From positions 51,282 to 115,281 of the forward strand of contig DAOOIT010000011.1 of NCBI GenBank assembly GCA_035384565.1: a stretch of 64,000 bases of DNA. Direction: 5' to 3'. This document shows, in pieces, positions 24,416 through 33,589 of this stretch (the stretch's first letter is position 1; the number at the start of each line of letters is the position of its first letter). This DNA is from Planctomycetota bacterium. GTDB lineage: Bacteria > Planctomycetota > PUPC01 > DSUN01. The notes beneath the pieces are model-generated. The model saw nothing but the letters and a program-made list of their open reading frames with translations, had not been told where the DNA came from and did no database searches. A program made the translations under genes and the position numbers.

Positions 24416-24468
24416 ATGTGGCGGCAGACGACGTGTCTGCCGCCAAACTGCAAATGGGGAAACCCTCG

Positions 24469-25824
24469 ATGGCCAAGCTGTGGGATAAGGGCTACGCGGT
24501 CAATCAGGAGCTCGAAGCCTTCACGACGGGCGACGACTATCTCCTGGACCGCGAACTGGTCGAGGCCGATTGCGCCGCCTCGATCGCCCACGCCCGCATG
24601 CTCGCCAAGATCGGCATCCTCACCGGCGCCGAGGCCGACGCGCTGGCCGCCGAGCTCGCCGCCATCGCCGCCGACAGCCGCTCGGGCGCCTTCACGGTGG
24701 AGCCAGCCGACGAGGATTGCCACACGGCCATCGAGAACCGCCTCGTCGCCCGCCTCGGCGATCTGGGCAAGAAGGTCCACACCTGCCGCTCGCGCAACGA
24801 CCAGGTGATCGCCGCTCTGCGCCTCTACGCCAAGGCCAAGATGCACGAGCTGTTCGACGCCGGCCTGGGCCTGGCCGCCACGCTGCGCGGCTTCGCCGAG
24901 AAGCATCAGCGCGTGCCCATGATCGGCCGCACCCACACGCAAGTGGCAATGCCGTCCAGCGTTGGATTGTGGGCGGCGGCGTGGCTCGAATCGCTGCTCG
25001 ACGACCTGCGCCTCCTCGAGGCTGCCTACGAGGTGGCCGACCAATGCCCCCTGGGCTCCGCCGCAAGCTATGGCGTGCCGATGCCCATAGACCGGCAGTT
25101 GACCAGCGACCTTCTCGGCTTCGCAAGTGTCCAAAATAACGTGCTTTACGCCAATAACAGCCGCGGCAAGATCGAGTCCGTCATCCTCGGCGCCTGCGTC
25201 CAGATCGCCATTGACCTGAGCCGCGTGGCCCAGGATCTCATCAACTTCAGCCTCCCGGAATTCGGCTACTTCGTGATTCCCAAGGAGCTATGCACGGGCA
25301 GCAGCATCATGCCGCAGAAACGCAACCCATGCGGGATGGAGCTGGTGCGAGCCAAGGCGAGCACTATACTGGCCTGCAATGACCAGATACTTAATACGCT
25401 CAAGGGCCTGCCGTCCGGCTATAACCGCGACTTTCAGGAGACCAAACGCCCCTTCTTCCGGGGCGTGGCCCTCACCATCGCCTGCGTGCGAGTGATGGAT
25501 GTAACATTCCAGAAGCTCGAGGTTTGCGAAGAGCGGCTCGTGTCGGCGTTCACGGCCGCGCCCGAGGTGTTCGCGACCGATGAGGCGCTGCGCCTGGTGG
25601 TCGAGGGGGTTCCCTTCCGCGACGCCTACCGCCAGGTGGCGGCCTCGCTAGACCAGTTGGGCGCGGCCGACCCCAGGGCCAGCATCGCTCTGCGTTCGCA
25701 TATCGGAGGCCCGGCGAATCTGCGGCTCGAGGTTGCCGACGCCGGGATCGAGCACGTCAGGGAGTTCGTCGCGCAGCGGCGAGACCGACTGAGGCGAGCG
25801 CTTGACGGCCTGATGGGTTCGTGA
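24469..25824 (+). CDS. argH: Argininosuccinate lyase
   Basis: MAKLWDKGY...; fumarate-lyase signature region GSSIMPQKRNP; TCRSRNDQV. ATG 24469 is chosen over GTG 24418, which abuts the tRNA 3' end. Confidence 0.9.
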   Translation: MAKLWDKGYAVNQELEAFTTGDDYLLDRELVEADCAASIAHARMLAKIGILTGAEADALAAELAAIAADSRSGAFTVEPADEDCHTAIENRLVARLGDLGKKVHTCRSRNDQVIAALRLYAKAKMHELFDAGLGLAATLRGFAEKHQRVPMIGRTHTQVAMPSSVGLWAAAWLESLLDDLRLLEAAYEVADQCPLGSAASYGVPMPIDRQLTSDLLGFASVQNNVLYANNSRGKIESVILGACVQIAIDLSRVAQDLINFSLPEFGYFVIPKELCTGSSIMPQKRNPCGMELVRAKASTILACNDQILNTLKGLPSGYNRDFQETKRPFFRGVALTIACVRVMDVTFQKLEVCEERLVSAFTAAPEVFATDEALRLVVEGVPFRDAYRQVAASLDQLGAADPRASIALRSHIGGPANLRLEVADAGIEHVREFVAQRRDRLRRALDGLMGS

Positions 25825-25854
25825 TTCCTCTGGATTCCTACGGAGAGCGTTGCA

Positions 25855-27099
25855 ATGGACATCAAGGCCATCCTGAAGAAAGTCGAAGACGCGCCGGTGC
25901 CCAAGGTCAAGAAGGTGGCGGTCGCCTACTCGGGCGGGCTGGACTCCACGCTGGGCATCGAGATGCTCCGCCGCAAGTACAAGGCCGAGAGCATCGTGGC
26001 CATCTGCGTGGATGTGGGCCAGGGCGCAGACGAGATCGCCGAGGCCCGCCGCAAGGCCAAGCTGCTGAACTTCGAGAAGGACATGATCCTGGTGGACGCC
26101 AAGGACGAGTTCACCAACGAATGGCTCACCAAGGCCATCCGAGCGAACTCGGACTATAATGGCTACCCGGTCTCGACCTCGATGACACGCCAGCTCGTGG
26201 CCCGCATCGCGGCCGTGGAGGGCGCCAAGCGCGGCTGCGACGCCGTGCTCGAAGGCTCCACCGGCAAGGGCAACGACCAGTACCGCATGCACAACACCTT
26301 CAAGCTCTTCGCCCCGCACATGGAGGTGCTCGCCTTCGTGCGCGACTTCGACCTCACGCGCAAGGAGGAAGAGGCCATCTGCGCCGAGTGGGGCGTGCCC
26401 GTCAAGGAGCAGCTCACCGGCGGCGACGACAAAACCATGTGGTGCCGCTCCATCGCCAGCGGGGCCATTGACCTCAACCAGGAGCTGCCCGACGACATCT
26501 GGCAATGGCTCGTGCCGCCGCGCAAGGCCAGCGACAAGGGCGAGACGGTCACCCTCCGCTACGTCGAGGGCATCCCGGTCGAGCTCAATGGCAAGGAGAC
26601 GCCGCTCGACGAGCTCATCGCGCAGCTCAACGTCATCGCCGGCCGCAACGGCGTGGGCTACATTGACATGTTCGAGGACGGGATCATGGACCTCAAGAGC
26701 CGCGAGATCTACGAGGCCCCCGCGGCCCACGTGATTCTCAAGCTCCACCGCGACCTCGAGCAGCAGTGCCTGCCCAAGGAGGAGATTCAGTTCAAGAAGA
26801 TGATTGACGCGAAGTGGGCGTATATGACTTACCACGGCGAGTGGTATCACCCGCTGAAGGCCGACCTCGATGCCTTCATCGCCCAGTCGCAGAAGCCGGT
26901 GAACGGCTCGTTCAAGGTGGACCTCTACAAGGGCAACATCGTCATCACGGGCCGCGAGTCCAAGACCTCGCTCTTCAGCCCCGAGATCCGCTCGATCAAG
27001 AGCCGCGGTTTCGACCAGCGGTGGGCCGTCAATGCCGCCAAGATCCGCGGCCTGCCGTTCGAAATCCTCTCGAAGCGCAACGAGGCCATGAAGGGCTGA
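25855..27099 (+). CDS. argG: Argininosuccinate synthase
   Basis: N-terminal AYSGGLDST PP-loop and full-length ArgG-like sequence (414 aa). Confidence 0.9.
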   Translation: MDIKAILKKVEDAPVPKVKKVAVAYSGGLDSTLGIEMLRRKYKAESIVAICVDVGQGADEIAEARRKAKLLNFEKDMILVDAKDEFTNEWLTKAIRANSDYNGYPVSTSMTRQLVARIAAVEGAKRGCDAVLEGSTGKGNDQYRMHNTFKLFAPHMEVLAFVRDFDLTRKEEEAICAEWGVPVKEQLTGGDDKTMWCRSIASGAIDLNQELPDDIWQWLVPPRKASDKGETVTLRYVEGIPVELNGKETPLDELIAQLNVIAGRNGVGYIDMFEDGIMDLKSREIYEAPAAHVILKLHRDLEQQCLPKEEIQFKKMIDAKWAYMTYHGEWYHPLKADLDAFIAQSQKPVNGSFKVDLYKGNIVITGRESKTSLFSPEIRSIKSRGFDQRWAVNAAKIRGLPFEILSKRNEAMKG

Positions 27100-27134
27100 G
27101 CGACGGTCCGGCCCTGATACCGCTCAGTGCATCC

Positions 27135-27167
27135 GAAGGCCCGCCTCGCCCAACGAGGCGGGCCTTC
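27135..27167. terminator. Perfect 14-bp GC-rich hairpin between convergent genes (terminator-like, no U-tract)
   Basis: GAAGGCCCGCCTCG-CCCAA-CGAGGCGGGCCTTC, 36 nt after the argG stop. Confidence 0.55.
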
Positions 27168-27220
27168 GCGCGCCCAAGCCGCTCCGCTCCCCAGAATGAA
27201 TGCCACGATTCTGCCCATAG

Positions 27221-27577
27221 TTACCTTCGGCGTCGGACGCGGGTGGGGTCCACTATGATCAGAGACCCACGGATGTGGGCCTCGCCCAGGGTCGCTAGAA
27301 CGCTCTCAACGCGGGCCATCACGGCCTGGATGGTGCACTTGGGCATACGGACGACGACAATGCCCTGCGACTTCGCCGGGGGAAAGAGAAGGACATTGGC
27401 GAAGTGCCTGTGATTGCCGGACAGCACCACGCGAGCATCCCGGTTTGCCAGGGCAAGAACCTCGGCGTCGGAGGCGCCTGTGCGGCCGATTTCGCGCAGG
27501 TCAAGGGCATCGTGGCCCGCCTGACGCAGGCGGTGCACGAAGGACCGCGGGAGGTTCTTGTCCACCAGGAGGCGCAT
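27221..27577 (-). CDS. DUF5615-type (PIN-like/Mut7-C-like) putative toxin
   Basis: MRLLVDKNLPRSFVHRLRQAGHDA... is typical of the partner of DUF433 antitoxins. It starts 2 nt after the upstream stop. Confidence 0.65.
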   Translation of the reverse strand: MRLLVDKNLPRSFVHRLRQAGHDALDLREIGRTGASDAEVLALANRDARVVLSGNHRHFANVLLFPPAKSQGIVVVRMPKCTIQAVMARVESVLATLGEAHIRGSLIIVDPTRVRRRR

Positions 27578-27579
27578 GC

Positions 27580-27804
27580 TCAGTGGGTCCCGACGGGCTC
27601 GAACTCCTCGCGGGCCAGCATCGCCGCGTACTCGATGGCAGCCAGGACGTCCTCACGGGTCAATTGGGGGTATTCCTCGAGGATCTCCTCCACGGTGTTC
27701 CCCGCGGCCAGGAAGTCGAGGATGACGTACACGGGCACGCGGGTTCCGTGGATGCATGCCTGCCCGCCGCAGACCGCTGGGTCCGCCGTGATCCGGTCAA
27801 TCAT
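27580..27804 (-). CDS. DUF433-type putative antitoxin
   Basis: ITADPAVCGGQACIHGTRVPVYVILDFLAAGNTVEEILEEYPQLTREDV. ATG 27804 lies 7 nt after GGAGGA. The track ORF start GTG 27834 lacks an SD. Confidence 0.7.
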   Translation of the reverse strand: MIDRITADPAVCGGQACIHGTRVPVYVILDFLAAGNTVEEILEEYPQLTREDVLAAIEYAAMLAREEFEPVGTH

Positions 27805-27927
27805 CAGGATATCCTCCGGCGCCACTCGTGCCACTAGGAGCCTGCGGCTAGAATCGCGGGCGTCGCAGTCCCACGCGGATTCTTGGACAGGCTGCTAGCA
27901 TCAGTGTAGAGCATCGCAGCGCGGGGG

Positions 27928-29451
27928 TCAAGCCCCGTCTTCACGCCTCACACAGAACGCCACGCTCCCCCCGCCTGACTTCTCGATGAGGTCGCTGCGC
28001 CGCTCGCCGGTGCCCCAGCCGCCGGGCGTCACGTGGGTGCAGTGCGGCCAGCCGTTGCCGGAGAACACCAGGTCGCCCTCGGGGAAGAGCATGCGGCCGC
28101 GGCCGTCGTAGGAGAGGCAGGCTGCACGGGCGGGAGGCGGCACCTCGCCCAGGCTCCAGAAGAGGCTGGCCGAGGGCTCGGGGGCCAGCGGGCGCTCGCA
28201 GCAGCGCGTCACCTTGTCGCCCTCGATGCGCACCTGGGTGTAACGCTCCTGGCTCGAGAAGAAGGGGCTGAGGGTCTTGAGGCAGAACGAGCCGGCCCGC
28301 ACGGGGGCCACGCCCTCCAGGTCGAAGCGCCAGCGCACCGCGTGGCCCTCGGCCCAGGCCTCGAAGAAGACCCTCTTGCCTGCGTGCTCGCGAAGATAGC
28401 TGATCCGCGTGCCGTCGGCTTCGGCCTTCCAGGGCACAAGCCAGTCGGCCTTGGGGCGGCTCGGCCACGAGTTGGCCCCGCCGAACTCGTCCCAATCGCC
28501 TTCGGGGCAGTCGAGCACCCACAGGCTCTCGGGGAACCAGGGCACGTAGATGGCGAAGGTGCTGCACTGGTAGGGCACGAGGCGGATGGGAGCCTTGAGG
28601 TAGAGGTCTTGGCGGATGGCGACGGGCTTGGGCGGTTCGAAGCGTTCGACGCGATAGGCGGGCGCCGCCACAAGGTCGGCGGGCGGCCTGTCGGCCACAC
28701 AGCGGAAGCCGCTGTCGTAGATGCGCATCTGGCTCGACCACGACAGGCGGTTCGAGGGGAGGAACGAGTAGGGCTGGCGGTGGCAGAAGGCGCCACCGGC
28801 GAGGACGGCGGGCGACGGGTCGGCGGCGGTGCCCGCCCTGTTGGTTTGCGGGAAGACGACCTTGACCCACTCACCGACAAGGCCGTAGCTGCCGAGCCCG
28901 AACGGCCCTGTGTCGGGATACGCGCCCACGGGGATCGCCACGGCCAGGCTCACGTTGCCCGAGTTGCGGAAGCACAGGCCGTCGCGCCACTCGCTGCCCC
29001 AGGGCCACAGGCGGCCGTCGTCGCCGCGCCAGGCCCGCTCCCACTCCGCCTCGGTGGGCAGCCGCTTCCCGAGCCAGGCGGCGTAGGCGGCGGCATCCTC
29101 CGAGTTCACGCCCACCATCGGCAGGGCGAGGTTCTCGGGGGCGAAGTGATGCCACCCCGTCAACTCGGCCCAGCCCACGAGCCAGCCGTTGTAGAGGATG
29201 CTGTAGCCCGTCGCCTGCATGAAGCGCAGGAACTGGCCGCGGGTGACTGGGTGCTTATCCATCCAGAAGGCGGGCACCTCCAGCTCGCGGCGGTCGGCGT
29301 GGAAGTGCAGCATGTCGGGGTGGACTCCCGCGGCCCGTGCCTGGGCCGCCTTCTCCTCGGGCGTGAGGCCGAAGAGCACCTTGCCGGCGGGCACGTGCAC
29401 CATCGTCCGATCGAGTTCCTGGGGGTCGTAGTTCGCCGTCACGTGGCTCAT
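27928..29451 (-). CDS. FGE-sulfatase (SUMF1) domain protein with a C-terminal domain of unknown function
   Basis: FWMDKHPVTRGQFLRFM, AYAAWLGKRLPTEAEWERA, GLVGEWV, FRCV. ATG 29451 follows GGAGGA and overlaps the upstream stop (ATGA). Confidence 0.8.
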   Translation of the reverse strand: MSHVTANYDPQELDRTMVHVPAGKVLFGLTPEEKAAQARAAGVHPDMLHFHADRRELEVPAFWMDKHPVTRGQFLRFMQATGYSILYNGWLVGWAELTGWHHFAPENLALPMVGVNSEDAAAYAAWLGKRLPTEAEWERAWRGDDGRLWPWGSEWRDGLCFRNSGNVSLAVAIPVGAYPDTGPFGLGSYGLVGEWVKVVFPQTNRAGTAADPSPAVLAGGAFCHRQPYSFLPSNRLSWSSQMRIYDSGFRCVADRPPADLVAAPAYRVERFEPPKPVAIRQDLYLKAPIRLVPYQCSTFAIYVPWFPESLWVLDCPEGDWDEFGGANSWPSRPKADWLVPWKAEADGTRISYLREHAGKRVFFEAWAEGHAVRWRFDLEGVAPVRAGSFCLKTLSPFFSSQERYTQVRIEGDKVTRCCERPLAPEPSASLFWSLGEVPPPARAACLSYDGRGRMLFPEGDLVFSGNGWPHCTHVTPGGWGTGERRSDLIEKSGGGSVAFCVRREDGA

Positions 29452-30017
29452 TTCCGTCCTCCAAGCAGCGCTGTGGCCTCGCTCTCGCTCAGGAAGCGCC
29501 AGCTTCCCGACGGCACATCGAGGGCCAGGGGGCCCATCTGCGTGCGCTTCAATTCTACCACTTTCAGGGGCGTGCCGAACTTCGGGTCGCGCAGCGCGCC
29601 GAACAGGCGGCGGATGTGGCGGTTCCTGCCCTCGTCGAGGGTCACGCGGAGGCGCGACTTCGGCCCCGCGCCGCCGAGCGTTTCGACGCGGATGGCCGTG
29701 AGCAGTCCTACTGGCGACGGGATGCCTCTGCGGATTGCCTCCAGGTGCTCCGCGGTGACGCGCCCGCGGACCCACACCTCATAGGTCTTCGGGCAGGCGC
29801 CTGGCCGCGTGAGGCGTTCGACCAGTTCGCCCTCCTTCACAAGGAGCAGCAGCCCCGTGCTGTCCTGGTCCAGCCGGCCGACCGGCACCCAGCCGCCGGC
29901 CAGCGCCCAGTCGGGCAACACGTCGTACACGGTCTTCCGCCCGCGCTCGTCGCGCCGCGTCACCACGACGCCCTTGGGCTTGTGAAGCATCAGGATGCGC
30001 CCCTCGGGGAGACTCAT
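29448..30017 (-). CDS. Pseudouridine synthase, RsuA/RluE family (no S4 domain)
   Basis: MLHKPKGVVVT and the catalytic motif VGRLDQDSTGLLLL. ATG 30017 overlaps the upstream stop (ATGA). Confidence 0.85.
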   Translation of the reverse strand: MSLPEGRILMLHKPKGVVVTRRDERGRKTVYDVLPDWALAGGWVPVGRLDQDSTGLLLLVKEGELVERLTRPGACPKTYEVWVRGRVTAEHLEAIRRGIPSPVGLLTAIRVETLGGAGPKSRLRVTLDEGRNRHIRRLFGALRDPKFGTPLKVVELKRTQMGPLALDVPSGSWRFLSESEATALLGGRK

Positions 30018-30817
30018 GGCCTTCTCACCAGGTCGCGGAGTTCCTCGTAGATGCCCGGGGCGGCGGCGAGGGTGTTCCACTCGGCCTCGGAGGTCTCGAT
30101 GGCGTCGAGCACGGCGCCGGCCTCGCGGAGGATCACGGCTGCCGCCGCAATGTCCCAACTGCGGAGGCGTTGCTCGTAGAAGCCCGTGAAGCGGCCGCAG
30201 GCGACGTTGCACAGGTCGTAGGCGGCCGAGCCCATCGCCCGCACCTTGCGGACGCGGGGCGCGAGGCGGCCGATCTGCTCCACGAAGTGAGCCACCGCGC
30301 CCGGCCGCGCGCCAAAGCCCGTGCCGATCATGGACTCTTCGAGCGTCGTGACCGTGCTAGGCCGAATGGCTTTGCCGTTGAGGGTGGCGCCCCGGCCCGC
30401 CTCGGCGACGAACAGCTCGTCGGTCGGCGGCGCGTAGACCACCCCGACCAGCGGCTCGCCGAGCGACTCGAGGCCACGGGGGAATGTCGCCGCCTGGCCC
30501 GTCGGCCGGCGGTAGCAGGCGACGGAGGTGCAGAAGTACGGCATGCCGTAGAAGAAGCTCACCGTGCCGTCGAGGGGATCAATGATCCACTGGCAGTCAC
30601 CGTCGTCGCCGAGAGCGCCCGCCTCCTCGGTGAGGATGGCGTGGTGGGGCCAGTCGCGGCGGATGATCTCCACGATGGCCTGCTCGCACAAGCGGTCGGC
30701 CTCGAGCTTCACGTCGTTGCGCGTCGCCTGGTCCACGTGGAGCAGCGTGCCCCAGAGGCGCTTCTGGATGTCGCCCGCAGCCCGCGCCGCGGCGAGAGCG
30801 GTATCCGCCAGCGTCAT
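30014..30817 (-). CDS. Inositol monophosphatase family protein
   Basis: LTEE and WIIDPLDGT motifs. ATG 30817 (MTLADTAL). The upstream part of the track ORF is translated hairpin repeat. Confidence 0.85.
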   Translation of the reverse strand: MTLADTALAAARAAGDIQKRLWGTLLHVDQATRNDVKLEADRLCEQAIVEIIRRDWPHHAILTEEAGALGDDGDCQWIIDPLDGTVSFFYGMPYFCTSVACYRRPTGQAATFPRGLESLGEPLVGVVYAPPTDELFVAEAGRGATLNGKAIRPSTVTTLEESMIGTGFGARPGAVAHFVEQIGRLAPRVRKVRAMGSAAYDLCNVACGRFTGFYEQRLRSWDIAAAAVILREAGAVLDAIETSEAEWNTLAAAPGIYEELRDLVRRP

Positions 30818-30878
30818 TGGTTGCTCCGTCCCTGAAACAGCCTTGGTTGGATCGAGACGGGTACCCTGATCGCGAGGA

Positions 30879-30950
30879 GGATGAACGGAGGGTTGGAGGA
30901 TTGGAGGGCTGCCAGTCACCCCTCCATTCATCCAATCCTCCATCCATCCC
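30879..30950. repeat. GGATGR-rich intergenic hairpin repeat, copy 1 (diverged)
   Basis: GGATGAACGGAGGGTTGGAGGATTGGAGGG-loop-CCCTCCATTCATCCAATCCTCCATCCATCC. Confidence 0.7.
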
Positions 30951-30963
30951 TTTTCATGCGCAG

Positions 30964-32576
30964 TCACGTCCTCAGCAGCTTTCGGCGCGCGGCCTGGAGC
31001 CAGCGCCCGTCCTTCGGGAAGTCATCGAAATCCTTCAGCGGCGCCAGCAGCGCGCCGTTGCGGGGCACGCCGAGGGTCTGGAGGAGCGCGTAGTCCTGAA
31101 GCGACTCTCCCAGCGGATCGAATCGAGCGGCCCGCCGGGGCCGGGGTAGACCTGGAACGTGTCGCCATAGGCCCAGCCCGGCCACGCCAGGCCGTCGGTG
31201 ACGGTGAACGGGTCAATCAGTTGCTGCGTCTGGCTCTTGTACCAGTAGTTGTAGCCCCAATGGAGGAATCCGCCGACGCCGAAGCGGTAGAAGAGCCAGC
31301 CGGCCATGCGGGCCTTGGCGAGCGGCGTGTCGAGCAGGCGGTTGAGGAACTTGCCCCGCGGGCCGCAGCAGAAATACGTCCAGCACGGGATGCCCTCCTC
31401 GACGAACTGGCGCGTGGTCGAGATGCTGGGCACGGGGGTGTCCACCAGTCCCTCGCGGCCGAAACGGATGTCGGACAGAGCGTCCATCGTCTTCATCCAG
31501 GGGGCGAGTTCGCGCACCATCGCGCGGGCGGCGCGGTAGTTGGCCAGGTGCTCGTCGCCGTGCGGCTCGTCTGAGATGTGGAAGAAGGAGCGATTGAGCA
31601 GCTTCTCCTCGCGCAGGAAACGCTCCAGGGCGGGGAGGAACTGGGCGAGGAAGGTGCGGTAGGTGGGCGACGTGGCACCGGTCTCGGGCGGCCAGAGGAG
31701 CCTGCCGCCGTCGTGGCGCTCGTAGATGCGGATGGCGTGCTTGACGCCCCATTGGGTGAAGAGATGCGTCCACTCGAAGTGCGTGATGCCGCACTTCTTC
31801 GCCAGCCCGATCCAGCGCCGCACGAGGCGCCAGTCGAATCTGTATTCATCGTGGGCGGCACGTCCCCGTCCCGCGTTCTTCTTGCTCTGCCTCACCCCCA
31901 GGAGCTGCGTCGGCCGCTTCACCCCGTCGAGCGGCGGGGTGAAGGCGGGCACGTAGATCGTGTCGAGGCCATGCTCGGCGTAGTTGCGCAGGTAGGCTTC
32001 GCAGACCGGCCAGAAGGCGTGGGAGAATGGCTCCACCTTGTACCAATCGCAGAGCGCATCGGTATAGAACCAGTGCAGCGCGTGGAAGCCTCTGCGTTTC
32101 GCCAGAACCACCTCCGAGACGATGACCGTGGCCTTCAGCGGCCGCTGCGGCTTGCCGGCGGCGAAGACCTCGACCTCGATGCCGTGCGGCCCTGGCCTCG
32201 CTTCCTTGAGCACCGTGACGGTGAGCCAGAAGGCGGCCACCTCGCCGGGCGCGACCCGCGCAGCCGACTCGGGGAAGAGCGGGTCGGGCACATAGCCGGG
32301 GATGCGGCCGACGCCGTCCAGTTCCTCAACCGGCGTCGCCGTATTGTGATGCGGCACAGGCACGCAGCCCACGCGCCGCACCTGCACGGCCAGGCCATCG
32401 GCTGCGGCGGTGCGCACCGCGACCTCGACTGGGTCATGTCCTTCCACCCGCACGCCGACCTGGAACGCCGCCTTCTCGCCACGTGCCGCAGGCAGCACGA
32501 GCGCCCGCCCTCGGCCCGGCGCGCTCAAGGGAAAGAGGCGCTGGAGCGACGAGGCAAGCCAGGCCGTGATCCTCAC
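30964..32576 (-). pseudogene. DUF4091-type glycoside-hydrolase-like gene with an apparent frameshift near its 3' end
   Basis: The main frame (GTG 32576 to 31035) reads ...GPLDSIRWE and then an Arg-rich off-frame-looking tail. The frame ending at 30964 continues SLQDYALLQTLGVPRNGALLAPLKDFDDFPKDGRWLQAARRKLLRT. The switch point is near 31104-31107. Confidence 0.55.
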
Positions 32577-33577
32577 TTCGCGCCCTCCTTGCGCAGCAAC
32601 TGCCCGATGCAGCGGAGCGCCGCCTGCTCCTCAGGATGGATGTCGCCCCAAGGGCGCGGCCCGACGTTGAGCATGAAGGTGGCGCCGCGCCGATTGGCCT
32701 CCTTCAGCTTCGCCACGATGTCGGCGGGGTCCTTGACGGCGTGGGCGCGGGGGTTGTAGGCCCAGCCGCCGTTGAGGTTCCACCACACGGCCTTCGGCTT
32801 GTCGCCGATCTCGGTGGTGTTGAAGCCGATGGTGTTCTCGCCCGGCATGTCCAGCTCCCACACCTGGTAGTCTTCGCCCTTGAGGGGGAGGACGTGGGTG
32901 TTGTTGACCACCACGGCGTCGGGCTGGAGCGAGTGGATGAGGTCGTAGGTGCCCGCAAGGTCCCAGGGCCCGCGGGCGGGGAAGTAGAGCTGCTCGTCAG
33001 GCGTCTCGAACTCGCAGCGGGGCCAGTAGCCGTCGAAAAGAATGCCGCCGATCTTTCCGAAGCGGGTGCAGAGCTCGCGGATGTGTCCCTGATAGTAGGC
33101 CACGTAGGCCGGCCAGTCGTTACGGTAGGCGGGATGCGTCCAGTCGAGGATCGAGTAGTAGAAGTGCAACGCCAGGCCACGGTCGCGCAGGGCCACGGCC
33201 AGCTCGGCTAGCGGGTCGCGGCGGAACGGCGTGCGGGTGATCTTCCAGTCGGTCGAGGGCGTGTCCCACAGGCAGAAGCCGTCGTGGTGCTTCGAGGTGA
33301 TGAGGAGGAACTTCTGCCCCGCCTCGAGCATCAGGTCGGCCCACTCCTCGGCGCAGAAGCGTTCGGGGTTGAACTGGCCCAGCCGCTCGCGGTAGGTGGC
33401 GAGCGGGATGCGCTCGGAGTAGTAGACCCACTCGCCGCGGCCGTTGAGGGCGTAGAGGCCCCAGTGCACGGAGAGGCCGAATTTGGCATCCACAAATGCC
33501 TTGACGCCTTCGGGCGTGGCCTGGAGCCGCGCCGCGCTGGTGTCCTCCACCACGAAGTCCTTCTTGTTCACGTTCAT
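32573..33577 (-). CDS. Alpha-L-fucosidase (GH29)
   Basis: GLSVHWGLY, SKHHDGFCLWDT, FDGYW. The stop overlaps the downstream GTG (GTGA). Confidence 0.85.
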   Translation of the reverse strand: MNVNKKDFVVEDTSAARLQATPEGVKAFVDAKFGLSVHWGLYALNGRGEWVYYSERIPLATYRERLGQFNPERFCAEEWADLMLEAGQKFLLITSKHHDGFCLWDTPSTDWKITRTPFRRDPLAELAVALRDRGLALHFYYSILDWTHPAYRNDWPAYVAYYQGHIRELCTRFGKIGGILFDGYWPRCEFETPDEQLYFPARGPWDLAGTYDLIHSLQPDAVVVNNTHVLPLKGEDYQVWELDMPGENTIGFNTTEIGDKPKAVWWNLNGGWAYNPRAHAVKDPADIVAKLKEANRRGATFMLNVGPRPWGDIHPEEQAALRCIGQLLRKEGAK

Positions 33578-33589
33578 GCACGTCTCCTC

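Noticed and set aside
24418-24468. GTG 24418 as the argH start
   Set aside because: It begins 3 nt after the tRNA CCA end, has no SD, and adds 17 non-conserved residues. ATG 24469 gives the typical MAKLWDKG N-terminus.
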